DNA of 64,000 bases, from positions 51,476 through 115,475 of the forward strand of contig JBDHAS010000001.1 in the NCBI GenBank assembly GCA_039588015.1, read 5' to 3'. This document shows, in pieces, positions 47,838 through 58,181 of the stretch (within the stretch, counting starts at the first letter, position 1; each line of letters starts with the position of its first letter). The translations under genes were made by a program, and so were the position numbers. Source of the DNA: Gemmatimonadota bacterium. Its GTDB lineage: Bacteria > Gemmatimonadota > Gemmatimonadetes > Palauibacterales > KS3-K002. The notes under the pieces were generated by a model that saw only the letters and a list, made by a program, of their open reading frames with translations, did not search any database and was not told the DNA's origin.

Positions 47838-50477
47838 ATGAATTCCGCAGAGATTAGGCAACGCTTCATAGACTACTTCGTACGCTACGGGCACACGCAC
47901 GTTTCCTCGTCGTCGCTCGTACCTGCCGAGGACCCTACGCTCCTGTTCACGAACGCCGGGATGAACCAGTTCAAGCGAACTTTCCTTGGGCAGGAGCCGC
48001 GACCGTACAAGCGGGCGACGTCCTCGCAGAAGTGTGTGCGGGCGGGTGGCAAACACAACGACCTGGAGCAAGTCGGCGAGACGGCTCGGCACCACACTTT
48101 CTTCGAGATGCTGGGCAACTTCTCGTTCGGCGACTACTTCAAGCGAGACGCGATCCACTTTGGGTTCGAGTTCTGCACCGACGAGCTGGGGATGGACCCG
48201 GCCCGGATCTGGGCGACGATCCACCATACGGACGACGAGGCGTTCGAGCTGTGGCAAGAGGTCGCCGGTCTGCCGCCGGCGCGTGTCCTGAGGTTCGGCG
48301 ACAAGGACAACTTCTGGCAAATGGCCGAGACCGGCCCGTGCGGTCCGTGCTCGGAGATCCACTACGACCAGCGGCCGAAGTCGGCGAAGCAAGATCTCTC
48401 GGTCGCCGAGTTCGAGGCGCTGACCGAGGCTGGCGAGATCCTCGAGATCTGGAACCTGGTATTCATGCAGTTCGACCGCGACGAACAGGGCAACATGAAT
48501 CCGCTGCCGAAGCCCTCCATCGATACGGGTGCCGGGCTCGAGCGGATCGCCGCGGCGATGCAGGGCGTGGATTCCAACTTCCACACGGACCTCTTCATGC
48601 CGCTGATTCACCGGGCCGAGGAGCTGGTCAAGCGCAAGTACGATCCGGATAACGCCGCCGGGACATCGTTCCGAGTGCTTGCCGATCACGCCCGCGCCGT
48701 CGCTTTCCTGGTCGCGGACGGTGTTTTTCCCACAAACGAAGGACGCGGGTACGTGCTGCGCCGAATCCTCCGGCGCGCGAGCCGGCACGCCTGGCTGCTG
48801 GGTCGGCGCGAACCGACGCTGTACGAGATCTGCGACGAGGTCGTTTCCGTGATGGGCGACGTCTTCCACGAGCTTGTGGACCGACGCGACCACATCGTCA
48901 GGACCGCCCGGGGCGAAGAAGAGCGGTTCATGGCGACGATCGACGAGGGGATGCAGAGGTTCGACGAAGTGGCTCCGGTGGGCGGCAGCGGTGCGGTATC
49001 CGGCGAAGAGGCGTTCAAGCTGTACGACACGTTCGGTTTTCCGCTCGACCTCACCGAACTGATGGCCCGCGAGCGCGGCTACGAGGTGGATGTACCCGGG
49101 TTCGATGCAGCGCTCGAGGAGCAGCGGCGCCGTTCGCGGGAGCAGCGCGAGGCGCAGCGTAAGCGAGGCGATCTGGAGGGCAGGTCGATCGACATCCCGA
49201 CCGAGGGCTGGACTCGTCACCTGGACGACGAGCAGGAATTCGTCGGCTACGAGCAGCTGAGCGTGAACACCGATGTGCTGGCGTCCGTTCAGGAGAACGG
49301 GCGGGTTGCCCTCGAGCTGCGTTGGAACCCGTTCTATTCCGAGGCCGGCGGCCAGGTCGGCGATCGTGGGTTCATCGAGGGCGATGGCTGGCGTATGGAA
49401 GTGGAAGATGTCGTCCGCTTCGAGGAACGCGTCGTCGTGGCGGGTCCTATCGAGGGAGAGTTCAAGCCGGGCGGGGTCCGGGCAGTCGTAGACAAGGAAA
49501 GGCGTGATACCCAGCGCAACCATACGGCCACGCACCTGCTCCACGCTGCGCTGCGGACCGTTTTGGGCGCTCACGTGACGCAGGCGGGTTCGCTGGTGGC
49601 GCCTGACCGCCTACGCTTCGACTTCACTCACAGCGGGCCGTTGAGCGAGACGGAGCTCGAAGAAGTCGAGCGCCTTGTCAACGAGCAGATCTGGGCGGAC
49701 AAGGATGTCTCGAAGCAGTTTCTACCCTACCGTGAGGCGATTGGCCAGGGTGCCATGGCCCTTTTCGGCGAGAAGTACGGCGACACCGTACGAGTCGTGC
49801 AGGTGCCGGGCTTCAGCCTCGAGCTTTGCGGCGGCTGCCACGTCGATACGACCGGCGAGATTGGCCTGTTCAAGCTGGTGTCGGAGACGGGCTCGGCCGC
49901 GGGCGTGCGCCGGATCGAAGCTGTCACGGGCTCGCACGCCTACGCGCGCGTGAAGGAGCTGGACAGGCTGATGGGCCACCTGAGCCAGATGCTGAAGGTG
50001 CCGACCGAGAACGTGGCGCAGCGAATCGAGGCGTTGGTGGCCGAGGCGCGGGAGCTACGCGATAGGTTGCAGACGGCGTCGCTGACTGCGGCGCAAGATC
50101 AAATCTCGCGGCTGATCGATGTGGCGGAGGTCATAGACGGCGCGAAGGTCGCCACGGGCGTGATCGAAGCGCCGGACTCGGAGACTCTGCGCAGCTTCGG
50201 GGACGAATTGCGCCAGCGCTTGGGCAGCGGTGTGGGCGTGGTTGCGGCGCGAATGGGCGAACGGCATGCTCTTCTGGCGGTGATGACCGACGACCTCATC
50301 GGCAGAGGCATGCGGGCCGATGCCGTGGTGCGGGAAGTCGCCAAGCTGGCGGGAGGAAAGGGCGGCGGCCGGCCACACATGGCTCAAGCCAGCACAGCCG
50401 AGCCGGAACGTGCCGAGAAGGCGCTCGAGAAGGTTCCGGAGATCGTTCGTACGATGCTCGAGCAGGCCGGGGTGTGA
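47838..50477 (+). CDS. alaS: Alanine--tRNA ligase (AlaS)
   Basis: MNSAEIRQRFIDYF...FTNAGMNQFK...KHNDLEQVG...FFEMLGNFSFGDYFK class II motifs; editing-domain HxxxH and C-terminal Cys motif. 879 aa. Confidence 0.95.
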   Translation: MNSAEIRQRFIDYFVRYGHTHVSSSSLVPAEDPTLLFTNAGMNQFKRTFLGQEPRPYKRATSSQKCVRAGGKHNDLEQVGETARHHTFFEMLGNFSFGDYFKRDAIHFGFEFCTDELGMDPARIWATIHHTDDEAFELWQEVAGLPPARVLRFGDKDNFWQMAETGPCGPCSEIHYDQRPKSAKQDLSVAEFEALTEAGEILEIWNLVFMQFDRDEQGNMNPLPKPSIDTGAGLERIAAAMQGVDSNFHTDLFMPLIHRAEELVKRKYDPDNAAGTSFRVLADHARAVAFLVADGVFPTNEGRGYVLRRILRRASRHAWLLGRREPTLYEICDEVVSVMGDVFHELVDRRDHIVRTARGEEERFMATIDEGMQRFDEVAPVGGSGAVSGEEAFKLYDTFGFPLDLTELMARERGYEVDVPGFDAALEEQRRRSREQREAQRKRGDLEGRSIDIPTEGWTRHLDDEQEFVGYEQLSVNTDVLASVQENGRVALELRWNPFYSEAGGQVGDRGFIEGDGWRMEVEDVVRFEERVVVAGPIEGEFKPGGVRAVVDKERRDTQRNHTATHLLHAALRTVLGAHVTQAGSLVAPDRLRFDFTHSGPLSETELEEVERLVNEQIWADKDVSKQFLPYREAIGQGAMALFGEKYGDTVRVVQVPGFSLELCGGCHVDTTGEIGLFKLVSETGSAAGVRRIEAVTGSHAYARVKELDRLMGHLSQMLKVPTENVAQRIEALVAEARELRDRLQTASLTAAQDQISRLIDVAEVIDGAKVATGVIEAPDSETLRSFGDELRQRLGSGVGVVAARMGERHALLAVMTDDLIGRGMRADAVVREVAKLAGGKGGGRPHMAQASTAEPERAEKALEKVPEIVRTMLEQAGV

Positions 50478-50803
50478 TGGCCGACGACTGGCTGCAGGCC
50501 CGGCTGGCGGATGCACCCTCACCGCTTCGGGAACGGCTGGAAGCTCGGGTCGCCGGCCTCGATACCGGGGCGGGCCTACCGGAAGCGTTGGTGGGAGCCG
50601 CGTGCGGGCTACTGGACGGCGTGCGCGACGACTTGGAGCGGCGAGCGGCGGCTTTCGACCTACTGGTCGCGGATGGGCTGCTAACGCTCGCGTGCGAGGC
50701 CGCAGCGTACTCGGATCCGGAGACGTTGGCAAAGCGGTGCCGAGCAATGGGTCCGAGCGGCGAGTTGGGCCGCCTCGCAGAACTCTGGTTGAGGAGGGAG
50801 TAA
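50474..50803 (+). CDS. Hypothetical small protein (109 aa)
   Basis: ATGA overlap with the alaS stop; no family recognised. Could be spurious. Confidence 0.25.
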   Translation: MMADDWLQARLADAPSPLRERLEARVAGLDTGAGLPEALVGAACGLLDGVRDDLERRAAAFDLLVADGLLTLACEAAAYSDPETLAKRCRAMGPSGELGRLAELWLRRE

Positions 50804-50856
50804 CGGACATCGACGCGGCCGCACGGGACGATTGGCCGGGAAGGCCGCTGGGGCTG

Positions 50857-51639
50857 GTGGATCTCCACACGCATGTGATCCCCGGCGTGGATGACGGCGC
50901 GCCGGATCTGGAAAGCGCTCTCGAGACTCTCCAAGATCTCTACGACGACGGCGTCAGCACGGTCGTTGCAACGCCGCATCTCAATGCATCCGATTTGAAT
51001 GGCCCCCGCCGGGCTCGGGCCGACGAAGCGTGGCCTGCGTTGGAGGATGCCGCGCGTGAGCGGCTGCCCGAGCTGAGGCTCTGCCGTGGGTACGAGATCC
51101 AGCTCGATGTTCCCATGCTCGATCTCAGCGACCCGCAGCTGCGCTTGCACGGTAGCCGGTTCGCGTTGGTCGAGTTCTTCGCGTTCGCGATTCCCACCCG
51201 CTCCGCCGAGGTGCTGGCACGCATAGTGGACACCGGCTATGTACCCATCGTTGTGCACCCGGAACGATACTGGGGGTACGACAGCGAGTTGAGCGTGGTG
51301 GCCGAGTGGCTGGAGGCTGGCGCGCTGATACAGGTGAACAGCGGAAGCTTCCTGGGCGAGTACGGAGAGTCCATCCGGGCGATCGCCTTCCGGCTGCTCG
51401 AGAACGGGCACGTGGATCTCGTCGCGTCCGACAATCACGCCCGCCCTCATCGCTGTCCGTCGCTGCGCAGTCTGTGGGACTACTTGATAGCTCAGGATCT
51501 GGAGAGCGAAGCGCGGCTGCTGCTCGGCGAGAATCCGCAGCGTATCTTGAAGGACGAGATGCCGACCTCGGTGGGTGCGGTCAGGCCGCGGCGGAGTTTT
51601 TTGGCGCGCCTCAGGCAGGCGCTACGCGGGCCCGGCTAG
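50857..51639 (+). CDS. PHP-domain tyrosine-protein phosphatase, CpsB/YwqE-like
   Basis: Start (M)DLHTHVIPGVDDGAPDLESALETLQ matches CpsB MIDIHSHILPGVDDG. Internal SDNHARPHRCPS. In-frame GTG at 50857. Confidence 0.6.
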   Translation: MDLHTHVIPGVDDGAPDLESALETLQDLYDDGVSTVVATPHLNASDLNGPRRARADEAWPALEDAARERLPELRLCRGYEIQLDVPMLDLSDPQLRLHGSRFALVEFFAFAIPTRSAEVLARIVDTGYVPIVVHPERYWGYDSELSVVAEWLEAGALIQVNSGSFLGEYGESIRAIAFRLLENGHVDLVASDNHARPHRCPSLRSLWDYLIAQDLESEARLLLGENPQRILKDEMPTSVGAVRPRRSFLARLRQALRGPG

Positions 51640-51726
51640 GCACCGCTCCGGGTTGGGAGAGTGAGCCGGCGCTGAGAAGCGGCGCTCGCCCGTAACTGTC
51701 GTGGGTGGGTGAAGCGAGGAGAATGA

Positions 51727-52494
51727 ATGTCAGAACCGCTTATCGATCTTCGGGGGAAGAAAGCGATCGTGACGGGTGGCTCCCGTGGGATCGGTCGTGC
51801 GACGGCGGTTCTGCTCGCTCGCGCCGGTGCCGAAGTAGGGGTCTCCTATCGCGCGCGCGACGATGAAGCAGCGGCAACGCTCGAGGAAATGCGCCGCTTC
51901 AACGGCCAGGCCTGGGCCGTAGCTTCGGACCTCGGTATACCTGACGGAGCGGCCAGACTGTTCGAGCGGTGCGACAACGAGTTCGGCTGGCTCGACATCT
52001 TCGTGGCGAATGCCGGCATTTGGCCCCCGGAATATGTCCCGCTGGTCGATATGTCCGATGAGCAGTGGGAAGAAACGATGCGGGCGAATCTGGATTCGGT
52101 CTTCTACACCGTCCGCGAGGCGGCACGCAGGATGGCTGACGGAGGCAAGATCATCATCGTCAGCTCGACGGCGGGACAGCGTGGCGAAGCCGGCCACAGC
52201 CACTACGCCGCGACGAAGGGGGCCGTGATCTCTTTCGTTAAGTCACTGGCCGTCGAGTTGGCCCCGCGCGATGTACAAGTGAACGCCGTTGCGCCAGGCT
52301 GGGTCGACACCGACATGACGGCGCCCGCTCTGCAGGGTGGCGAGCGCGAGAAGGTCGTGTCGCAGATCCCGCTCGGCCGAATCGGAAGCGCCGATGACAT
52401 CGCTGGCCCCATACTTTTCCTTTGTTCGAGGCTGTCGCGCCATATCACGGGTGAGATCCTCAACGTGAACGGCGGCAGCGTCCTCTGCGGTTGA
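51727..52494 (+). CDS. SDR family oxidoreductase (FabG-like 3-oxoacyl-ACP reductase)
   Basis: TGGSRGIGRA cofactor motif; NAG; YxxxK (HYAATKGAV). GAGGAG SD. Confidence 0.85.
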   Translation: MSEPLIDLRGKKAIVTGGSRGIGRATAVLLARAGAEVGVSYRARDDEAAATLEEMRRFNGQAWAVASDLGIPDGAARLFERCDNEFGWLDIFVANAGIWPPEYVPLVDMSDEQWEETMRANLDSVFYTVREAARRMADGGKIIIVSSTAGQRGEAGHSHYAATKGAVISFVKSLAVELAPRDVQVNAVAPGWVDTDMTAPALQGGEREKVVSQIPLGRIGSADDIAGPILFLCSRLSRHITGEILNVNGGSVLCG

Positions 52495-52495
52495 G

Positions 52496-53746
52496 GTGAA
52501 TAGTCGCGATAGGTTCGAGATCCCGCAGGCCGTTCGCGACATTACCGAACGGCTGGAACGGGAAGGGTACGACACGTGGGCGGTAGGTGGTGCGGTGCGC
52601 GACGCTCTGCTCGGCCTGTCACGTGGGGACTGGGACATCGCCACGGCCGCACGGCCCGAAGCCGTCCGCAGGCTGTTCCGGCCGTCCTATCCGATCGGGA
52701 TCAAGTTCGGCACTATCGGCGTCAGAGGCAGCGACGGCCTGATCTATGAAGTGACAACGTTCCGTCGCGACATCGAGACCGACGGACGACACGCGGTCGT
52801 TGAGTACGCCGACGAGATCGAGGACGACCTAGCGCGCCGCGACTTCACCGTCAACGCCATCGCCTACCACCCGCTGCGGCACGAGTTCCGCGACCCTCAC
52901 GGCGGCCGGGCTGATCTGGGGCGGAAGAACCTCCGTTGTGTCGGCGATCCGGCGCAGCGTTTCGCCGAGGATTACCTGCGTGTTCTGCGTGGGCTCCGGT
53001 TCGCGGGTCACTACCAGCTTGAGATCGACAAGGCCACGTGGGAGGCGTTGACCGAGGCCGTGCCGCGCCTACCGAGGCTCTCCGGCGAACGCATTCGGGA
53101 GGAACTCGTCAAGACGCTTGACGGCGGAACGGCATCCACCGTGCTCGTCTTGTATCGAAAGTCGGGCGCCTTGGAAACCATCACGCCGGAGCTGGCAGAT
53201 CTGACCGACGAAGAGTGGAAGAACTCGCTACGGGCGATCGATAGCGTACCCATGAGCAGGGCACAGCTCCGCTTCCTGCTGCTGTTCGCGCCGGCCGGCT
53301 CGCAGATCGAGAACCTGATGACCCGCCTGCGCTTCTCGAACGCCGAGATACGCGAGGTGACGATGCTAGCCCGGGCGATGGAATGGCCGCTGCCAGGTGC
53401 CGGAGACATCGTGACGGCTCGGCGCTGGCTGAGCGAGGTGACGCCTGAACGCGCGAATGATACGCTGCGGCTGCACTTCGCGATGATACGTGCGCGATCC
53501 GGCGATGCGGGGACGCGACGGGCTTTGGCCGAGACCGCGCGCGTAGTGCTGAGTGTGAAGCGAAGCGGAGACCCCGTAAGTTTGAAGGATCTGGCGATCG
53601 ACGGGAACGAAATCAAGGCGGTGCTGGGGGTGCGTCCCGGCCCCGAGATCGGGCGGTTGTTGCGACTGTCCCTGGATGCGGTCATCGAGGACCCGAAGCT
53701 GAACCACCGTGAGGTTTTGCTAAGGCTTGTGCGTGAATGGAGTTAG
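52496..53746 (+). CDS. cca: CCA-adding tRNA nucleotidyltransferase / poly(A) polymerase-family head domain protein
   Basis: GYDTWAVGGAVRDALLGLSRGDWDIATAARPEAV...RRDFTVNAIAY pol-beta superfamily head domain. Confidence 0.8.
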   Translation: MNSRDRFEIPQAVRDITERLEREGYDTWAVGGAVRDALLGLSRGDWDIATAARPEAVRRLFRPSYPIGIKFGTIGVRGSDGLIYEVTTFRRDIETDGRHAVVEYADEIEDDLARRDFTVNAIAYHPLRHEFRDPHGGRADLGRKNLRCVGDPAQRFAEDYLRVLRGLRFAGHYQLEIDKATWEALTEAVPRLPRLSGERIREELVKTLDGGTASTVLVLYRKSGALETITPELADLTDEEWKNSLRAIDSVPMSRAQLRFLLLFAPAGSQIENLMTRLRFSNAEIREVTMLARAMEWPLPGAGDIVTARRWLSEVTPERANDTLRLHFAMIRARSGDAGTRRALAETARVVLSVKRSGDPVSLKDLAIDGNEIKAVLGVRPGPEIGRLLRLSLDAVIEDPKLNHREVLLRLVREWS

Positions 53747-53784
53747 CTTGCCGTGAAGAGTGACGTTTGCAAGATGGGCCTGAT

Positions 53785-55179
53785 ATGAGCGAGGAGCTGG
53801 ACCTCTTTCCGGGCCGCGCCGCCCCGGCCCCACGAAGGGGCGGAATAGCGGACGAGAATTCGCCCGCCGCGCCTCTCGCCACGCGGATGCGTCCCCGCAA
53901 ACTTGATCAGTTCCTTGGCCAGGAGCATCTGGTAGGGTCCGGTCGCATACTGCGGGAGATGATCGAGCGGGACGAGCTTCAGTCGCTGGTGTTCTGGGGA
54001 CCGCCAGGGAGCGGCAAGACGACGCTGGCACGGATCATCGCCGATCGGACGAACGCCGCCTTCGTGCCCTTCAGTGCCGTGACCGAAGGCGTCCCGCGCG
54101 TCAGGGAGATCATCAAGGAGGCGGGAGATCGGCTCGACCTGACGGGACGTCGGACCATTCTCTTCTGCGACGAGATACACCGCTTCAACCGAGCGCAGCA
54201 GGATGCCTTCCTACCGCACGTGGAGGCGGGAACCGTGATCCTGATCGGCGCGACGACGGAGAACCCGAGCTTCGAGGTCAACTCCGCGCTGCTGAGTCGC
54301 TCGCGGGTCCTCGTCCTAGACCCGCTCACCGAGGACGAGATCCACACGATATGCGAAAGGGCGTTGGCCGATGAGGAGCGTGGCCTGGGAAGCTCCGGGG
54401 TCACCGCCGACGACGATGCACTGGAACTGTTGGCCTATGCTGCGGACGGCGATGCGCGAGGCGCGCTTTCGGCGTTGGAGATCGCTGCTTCGATCGTCGG
54501 AGACGGTGGGCATGTTACTCGCAAGATCGCTGCCGAGGCGCTCCCGAGACGATATGCCCGTTACGACAAGTCGGGCGAAGAGCACTACAATCTCATCTCC
54601 GCCCTGCACAAGGCCGTGAGGGGGTCGGATCCGGATGCGGCGCTGTACTGGCTGGCGCGGATGCTCGACGGCGGGGAGGACCCCCTCTACATCGCGCGGC
54701 GATTGGTGCGCATGGCGACTGAGGACATCGGTCTCGCCGATCCGCGCGCCCTGTCGGTGGCGGTCGCGGCGAAGGATGCGTATCACTTCCTGGGGTCGCC
54801 GGAAGGCGAGCTGGCTCTGGCTGAGGCTACGGTCTATTTGGCAACGGCTCCGAAATCCAACCGCGTCTACATCGCCTTCGGGCGAGCGTTTCGACTGGCG
54901 CGGGAAACACCCGCCGAGCCTACCCCACTTCACATTCGTAACGCGCCGACGCGACTGATGAAGGACCTCGGCTACGGAGCCGGCTATCGGTACGATCACG
55001 AAGAACAAGATGCGCACGCGCCGCAGGAGTACATGCCCGACTCTCTGGCCGGCAACCGGTTCTACGAGCCAACGGAGCGGGGCTTCGAGGTGGAAATCGG
55101 GAAGCGCCTCGAGCGCTGGATGTCGAAGCGGCGTGCAGCGGGAGGACCGCAGGCTAAGCGGACGAATCGTCGCGACTGA
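53785..55179 (+). CDS. rarA: Replication-associated recombination protein A (RarA/MgsA), AAA+ ATPase
   Basis: LVFWGPPGSGKTTLARIIA Walker A; LFCDEIHRFN Walker B/sensor; C-terminal MgsA domain (LHKAVRGSDPDAALYWLARML). Confidence 0.9.
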   Translation: MSEELDLFPGRAAPAPRRGGIADENSPAAPLATRMRPRKLDQFLGQEHLVGSGRILREMIERDELQSLVFWGPPGSGKTTLARIIADRTNAAFVPFSAVTEGVPRVREIIKEAGDRLDLTGRRTILFCDEIHRFNRAQQDAFLPHVEAGTVILIGATTENPSFEVNSALLSRSRVLVLDPLTEDEIHTICERALADEERGLGSSGVTADDDALELLAYAADGDARGALSALEIAASIVGDGGHVTRKIAAEALPRRYARYDKSGEEHYNLISALHKAVRGSDPDAALYWLARMLDGGEDPLYIARRLVRMATEDIGLADPRALSVAVAAKDAYHFLGSPEGELALAEATVYLATAPKSNRVYIAFGRAFRLARETPAEPTPLHIRNAPTRLMKDLGYGAGYRYDHEEQDAHAPQEYMPDSLAGNRFYEPTERGFEVEIGKRLERWMSKRRAAGGPQAKRTNRRD

Positions 55180-55238
55180 GCCGGTGTAGAAACGTCGCGA
55201 ACGCGCTAGCGGACAGTCTAAGAGGGAGACAACCGAGG

Positions 55239-56549
55239 ATCGCTGCCAACAACCTGATTGAAGTCGAGGTTCCGCAAGAACGTGCGGTTCTGATCAGTGC
55301 CCCGGACTCGTACACGAGCCGCGAGGAGGCGCGTGACCATCTGAGGGAATTGGAGTCGCTGACCGACACGGCCGGCGCCGACGTCGTCGCTGCTCTCGAG
55401 CAGCAGATCCGGTCGCCGCACCCGGCGTACTACATCGGGACGGGTAAGGTCGAGGAGGTTCATTCCACGGTCCTCGAGCGAGAGGCGAGCTTGGTCATCT
55501 TCGACGAAGATCTGAGCCCGGTCCAGGGCCAGAAACTGGAACAGACGCTGGGCGTGCGCGTCATGGACCGGACGGAGTTGATCATAGACATCTTCGCGCT
55601 ACGCGCGCGCACCGCGGAAGCGAAGATGCAGGTGGAGCTGGCCCAGCTTCAATATTTGATGCCGCGGCTGACGCGTATGTGGAACCACCTGTCGCGCATA
55701 CGTGGTGGCATCGGTCTGCGCGGCCCAGGCGAAACGCAGCTAGAGACCGACCGCCGGACCATCCGGCGGAAGATCCGTGACCTGAAGCGACGTCTCGAGA
55801 AGCTGGCCAGGCAACGCGAGATCGAACGTAGGGGTCGAGTAGGAGAGTTCCGGGTCGGGTTGGTCGGCTACACGAACGCGGGCAAATCGTCGGTCGTGGC
55901 CGGACTGTCGGGCTCGGAGCTGTTCATCGAGGATCGCCTTTTCGCAACGCTCGATCCGGCGACGCGCGCGGTGGACCTGGGAGAGGGCTACCAGGCGCTG
56001 ATCACGGATACGGTCGGCTTCATCCGCAAGCTGCCGCATGACCTGGTCGCCTCCTTTCGAGCGACGCTCGAGGAGGCGAACGAGGCGAACGTGCTGTGTC
56101 ACGTTGTGGACGTGGCGCATCCGCTCTGGGAAGAGCAGTACGAGGTCGTCGAGGGTGTCATACGCGAATTGCAGTTCAAGCCCAGGCGCCGGCTTGTCGT
56201 GTTTAACAAGACCGATAGGCTGACTCATGACGAGGAAACCGCGCTGCGAGAGAGAGCGTCGGCGCTTCTGGACTCGCACGTCTTCACCTCGACTGTGGAG
56301 CGCGACGGTCTTGAGCCGCTTCGGATGACGTTGAGGGAGATGGTGCGGGAAGAGTGGCCCTCCGTCGTTCTGAATATCCCGGCAACCGATGGGGGCGTTC
56401 TGGCTGAGGTCTATCGCGAGGGCGAAGTCATTGCCAGAAATGATCTCGGTAGTTGCATCCAGGTGACTGCGAGACTGCCGGCCAGCGTGCTCGGGCGCCT
56501 GAGAACCCGGAAGGGTGTGACCGTCCTTGGGTCACCGTCGGCGGGCTAA
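55239..56549 (+). CDS. hflX: GTPase HflX
   Basis: HflX N-terminal domain then G-domain (GYTNAGKSS, DTVGF, NKTD). The ORF is open from about 55182 but has no ATG/GTG/TTG in frame before 55350; the true start is unresolved (ATC 55239, CTG 55254 or ATT 55257 after an AGAGGGA SD). Confidence 0.8.
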   Translation: MAANNLIEVEVPQERAVLISAPDSYTSREEARDHLRELESLTDTAGADVVAALEQQIRSPHPAYYIGTGKVEEVHSTVLEREASLVIFDEDLSPVQGQKLEQTLGVRVMDRTELIIDIFALRARTAEAKMQVELAQLQYLMPRLTRMWNHLSRIRGGIGLRGPGETQLETDRRTIRRKIRDLKRRLEKLARQREIERRGRVGEFRVGLVGYTNAGKSSVVAGLSGSELFIEDRLFATLDPATRAVDLGEGYQALITDTVGFIRKLPHDLVASFRATLEEANEANVLCHVVDVAHPLWEEQYEVVEGVIRELQFKPRRRLVVFNKTDRLTHDEETALRERASALLDSHVFTSTVERDGLEPLRMTLREMVREEWPSVVLNIPATDGGVLAEVYREGEVIARNDLGSCIQVTARLPASVLGRLRTRKGVTVLGSPSAG

Positions 56550-56551
56550 TC

Positions 56552-57445
56552 GTGTCTAGGATCTATTGGATCGTTGGACCCGGGCGGATGGGGCTGGCAC
56601 TCGGCTCGGTCCTGGCCGATGCCGACGCCTTCGACGAGCTTCTCTTCATCGGCAGGCGGAGCCGTGCTCCCCAGCATCCGGTGCTCGCGCTGCCCGGGGT
56701 CGGATACTCCGTGGCCAGCCCGGGGCCGGTGCCTAGGGGAACCCGCGTATTGCTCGCGGTGCCCGATGGAGCGATCACGCCGGTCGCGTCGGAGATCGCA
56801 CGCCATGGTGATCCGGGTCCTGGCAGCGTCGCATTGCACCTGAGCGGCGCGCTGCCGACCGGCGCGCTGGCAGTCCTGGCCGAGTGTGGCTACGCCGTCG
56901 GTTCGCTCCACCCGCTGCAGACCGTGGCCGATCCGTTGAGGGGCGCGGAGCGGTTGAAGAACGCCTTCTTCACCTTTGAGGGAGAGGGAGAAGCGCGGGA
57001 TGCGGCGGCGGATATCGTAAACGCCGCCGGCGGCCGGATGCTGGAGGTTCACGCGGCGGACAAAGCGCGCTATCATGCAGCATGTGTGTTCGCTTCCAAC
57101 TATGTTGTTGCTTGCGGCGCCGTAGCGACGCGATTGTTAGCGAGCGCGGCGGGCATCGGTGAAGGGGAGGCAGCCAGAGCGTTGCGCCCGCTCTGGGGTG
57201 GGGCCATCGCCAATCTGGATCAGCTAGGGCCCTCTGGAGCGCTGACGGGACCTGTCCGGCGTGGCGATCTCGAAACGGTAAAAGCGCATCTAGCTGCTCT
57301 GGACGGCGATACGCGCCAGGTATATGCGGAACTGGCTTGGCAGGCGGTTCAGTTGGCGAAGCAGGCCGGGTTGGACGCGAAAGATGCAGAGGCGATCGAG
57401 ACCGAGATAAAGAACTCGAGGATCGGAGGAGCAGGGCAGCGATGA
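56552..57445 (+). CDS. Rossmann-fold DUF2520-type NAD(P)-binding protein (ketopantoate-reductase/ProC-like)
   Basis: [18 protein letters not shown] dinucleotide-binding motif. GTG at 56552, 3 nt after the hflX stop. The stop overlaps the pdxJ start (ATGA). Confidence 0.55.
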   Translation: MSRIYWIVGPGRMGLALGSVLADADAFDELLFIGRRSRAPQHPVLALPGVGYSVASPGPVPRGTRVLLAVPDGAITPVASEIARHGDPGPGSVALHLSGALPTGALAVLAECGYAVGSLHPLQTVADPLRGAERLKNAFFTFEGEGEARDAAADIVNAAGGRMLEVHAADKARYHAACVFASNYVVACGAVATRLLASAAGIGEGEAARALRPLWGGAIANLDQLGPSGALTGPVRRGDLETVKAHLAALDGDTRQVYAELAWQAVQLAKQAGLDAKDAEAIETEIKNSRIGGAGQR

Positions 57446-58170
57446 GGTTGTACATCAATCTCGATCATGTCGCGACGGTCCGGGAGGCTCGCAAGACAGA
57501 CGAGCCGGATCCCGTCAGAGCGGCGGTACTCGCCGAGCTGGGAGGGGCAGAGGCCATCACCGTTCACTTGCGCGAGGATCGTCGACACATCAATGAGCGA
57601 GACGTGCTTCTGCTGATGCAGACCGTTCGGACAGGGGTCAACCTGGAGCTCGCGGTTTCCGAGGAAATCGTGAGCTTCGCGCTCGAGCATCGTCCGATGC
57701 AAGCCACGCTCGTGCCAGAGCGGCGTGAAGAGATAACGACGGAAGGTGGACTCGATCTTGGGACGCCCGAGCGCTGCGAGCGCGTGGCGAGCGCCGTTGC
57801 GCGCCTAAGGGACGCGGGTATCCGGACATCGCTGTTCATCGACCCGGTAGATGCGACGGTCAAGCTGTCGAAGCAGTTAGGCGCGGATGCCGTGGAGCTT
57901 CACACGGGTGAGTACGCGAATGCTACGGTGGCGGGCCGCCAGAGCGAGTTGCAGCGGCTGCGGCACGCGGCGAGTGTAGGACGAAACGCGGGGCTGGCGG
58001 TACACGCCGGACACGGGCTGACCTACGAGAACGTCACGCCTGTAGCCGCAATTAGCGAGATCGAGGAGCTCAACATAGGGCACTCTGTGGTTAGTCGGGC
58101 GGTGCTGGTGGGCATGGAGCGCGCCGTCAGAGAGATGTTACAGCTCGTGCGCGACGCGAGCAGCGTTTAG
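57442..58170 (+). CDS. pdxJ: Pyridoxine 5'-phosphate synthase (PdxJ)
   Basis: [17 protein letters not shown]...[10 protein letters not shown]...DAVELHTG...GHGL; 243 aa. Confidence 0.9.
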   Translation: MRLYINLDHVATVREARKTDEPDPVRAAVLAELGGAEAITVHLREDRRHINERDVLLLMQTVRTGVNLELAVSEEIVSFALEHRPMQATLVPERREEITTEGGLDLGTPERCERVASAVARLRDAGIRTSLFIDPVDATVKLSKQLGADAVELHTGEYANATVAGRQSELQRLRHAASVGRNAGLAVHAGHGLTYENVTPVAAISEIEELNIGHSVVSRAVLVGMERAVREMLQLVRDASSV

Positions 58171-58181
58171 GGAGTCAGATT

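Noticed and set aside
47745-49574. 609-aa ORF antisense to alaS
   Set aside because: Completely overlaps the unambiguous alaS gene on the opposite strand. It has Arg/Pro/Gly-rich composition typical of antisense frames in high-GC DNA and no recognisable domain.
50296-51450. 384-aa minus-strand ORF and the 439-aa plus ORF 50320-51639
   Set aside because: The minus ORF is antisense to the alaS 3' end and the CpsB-like gene. The long plus ORF is only the upstream frame-extension of the CpsB-like gene, whose real start I place at GTG 50857.
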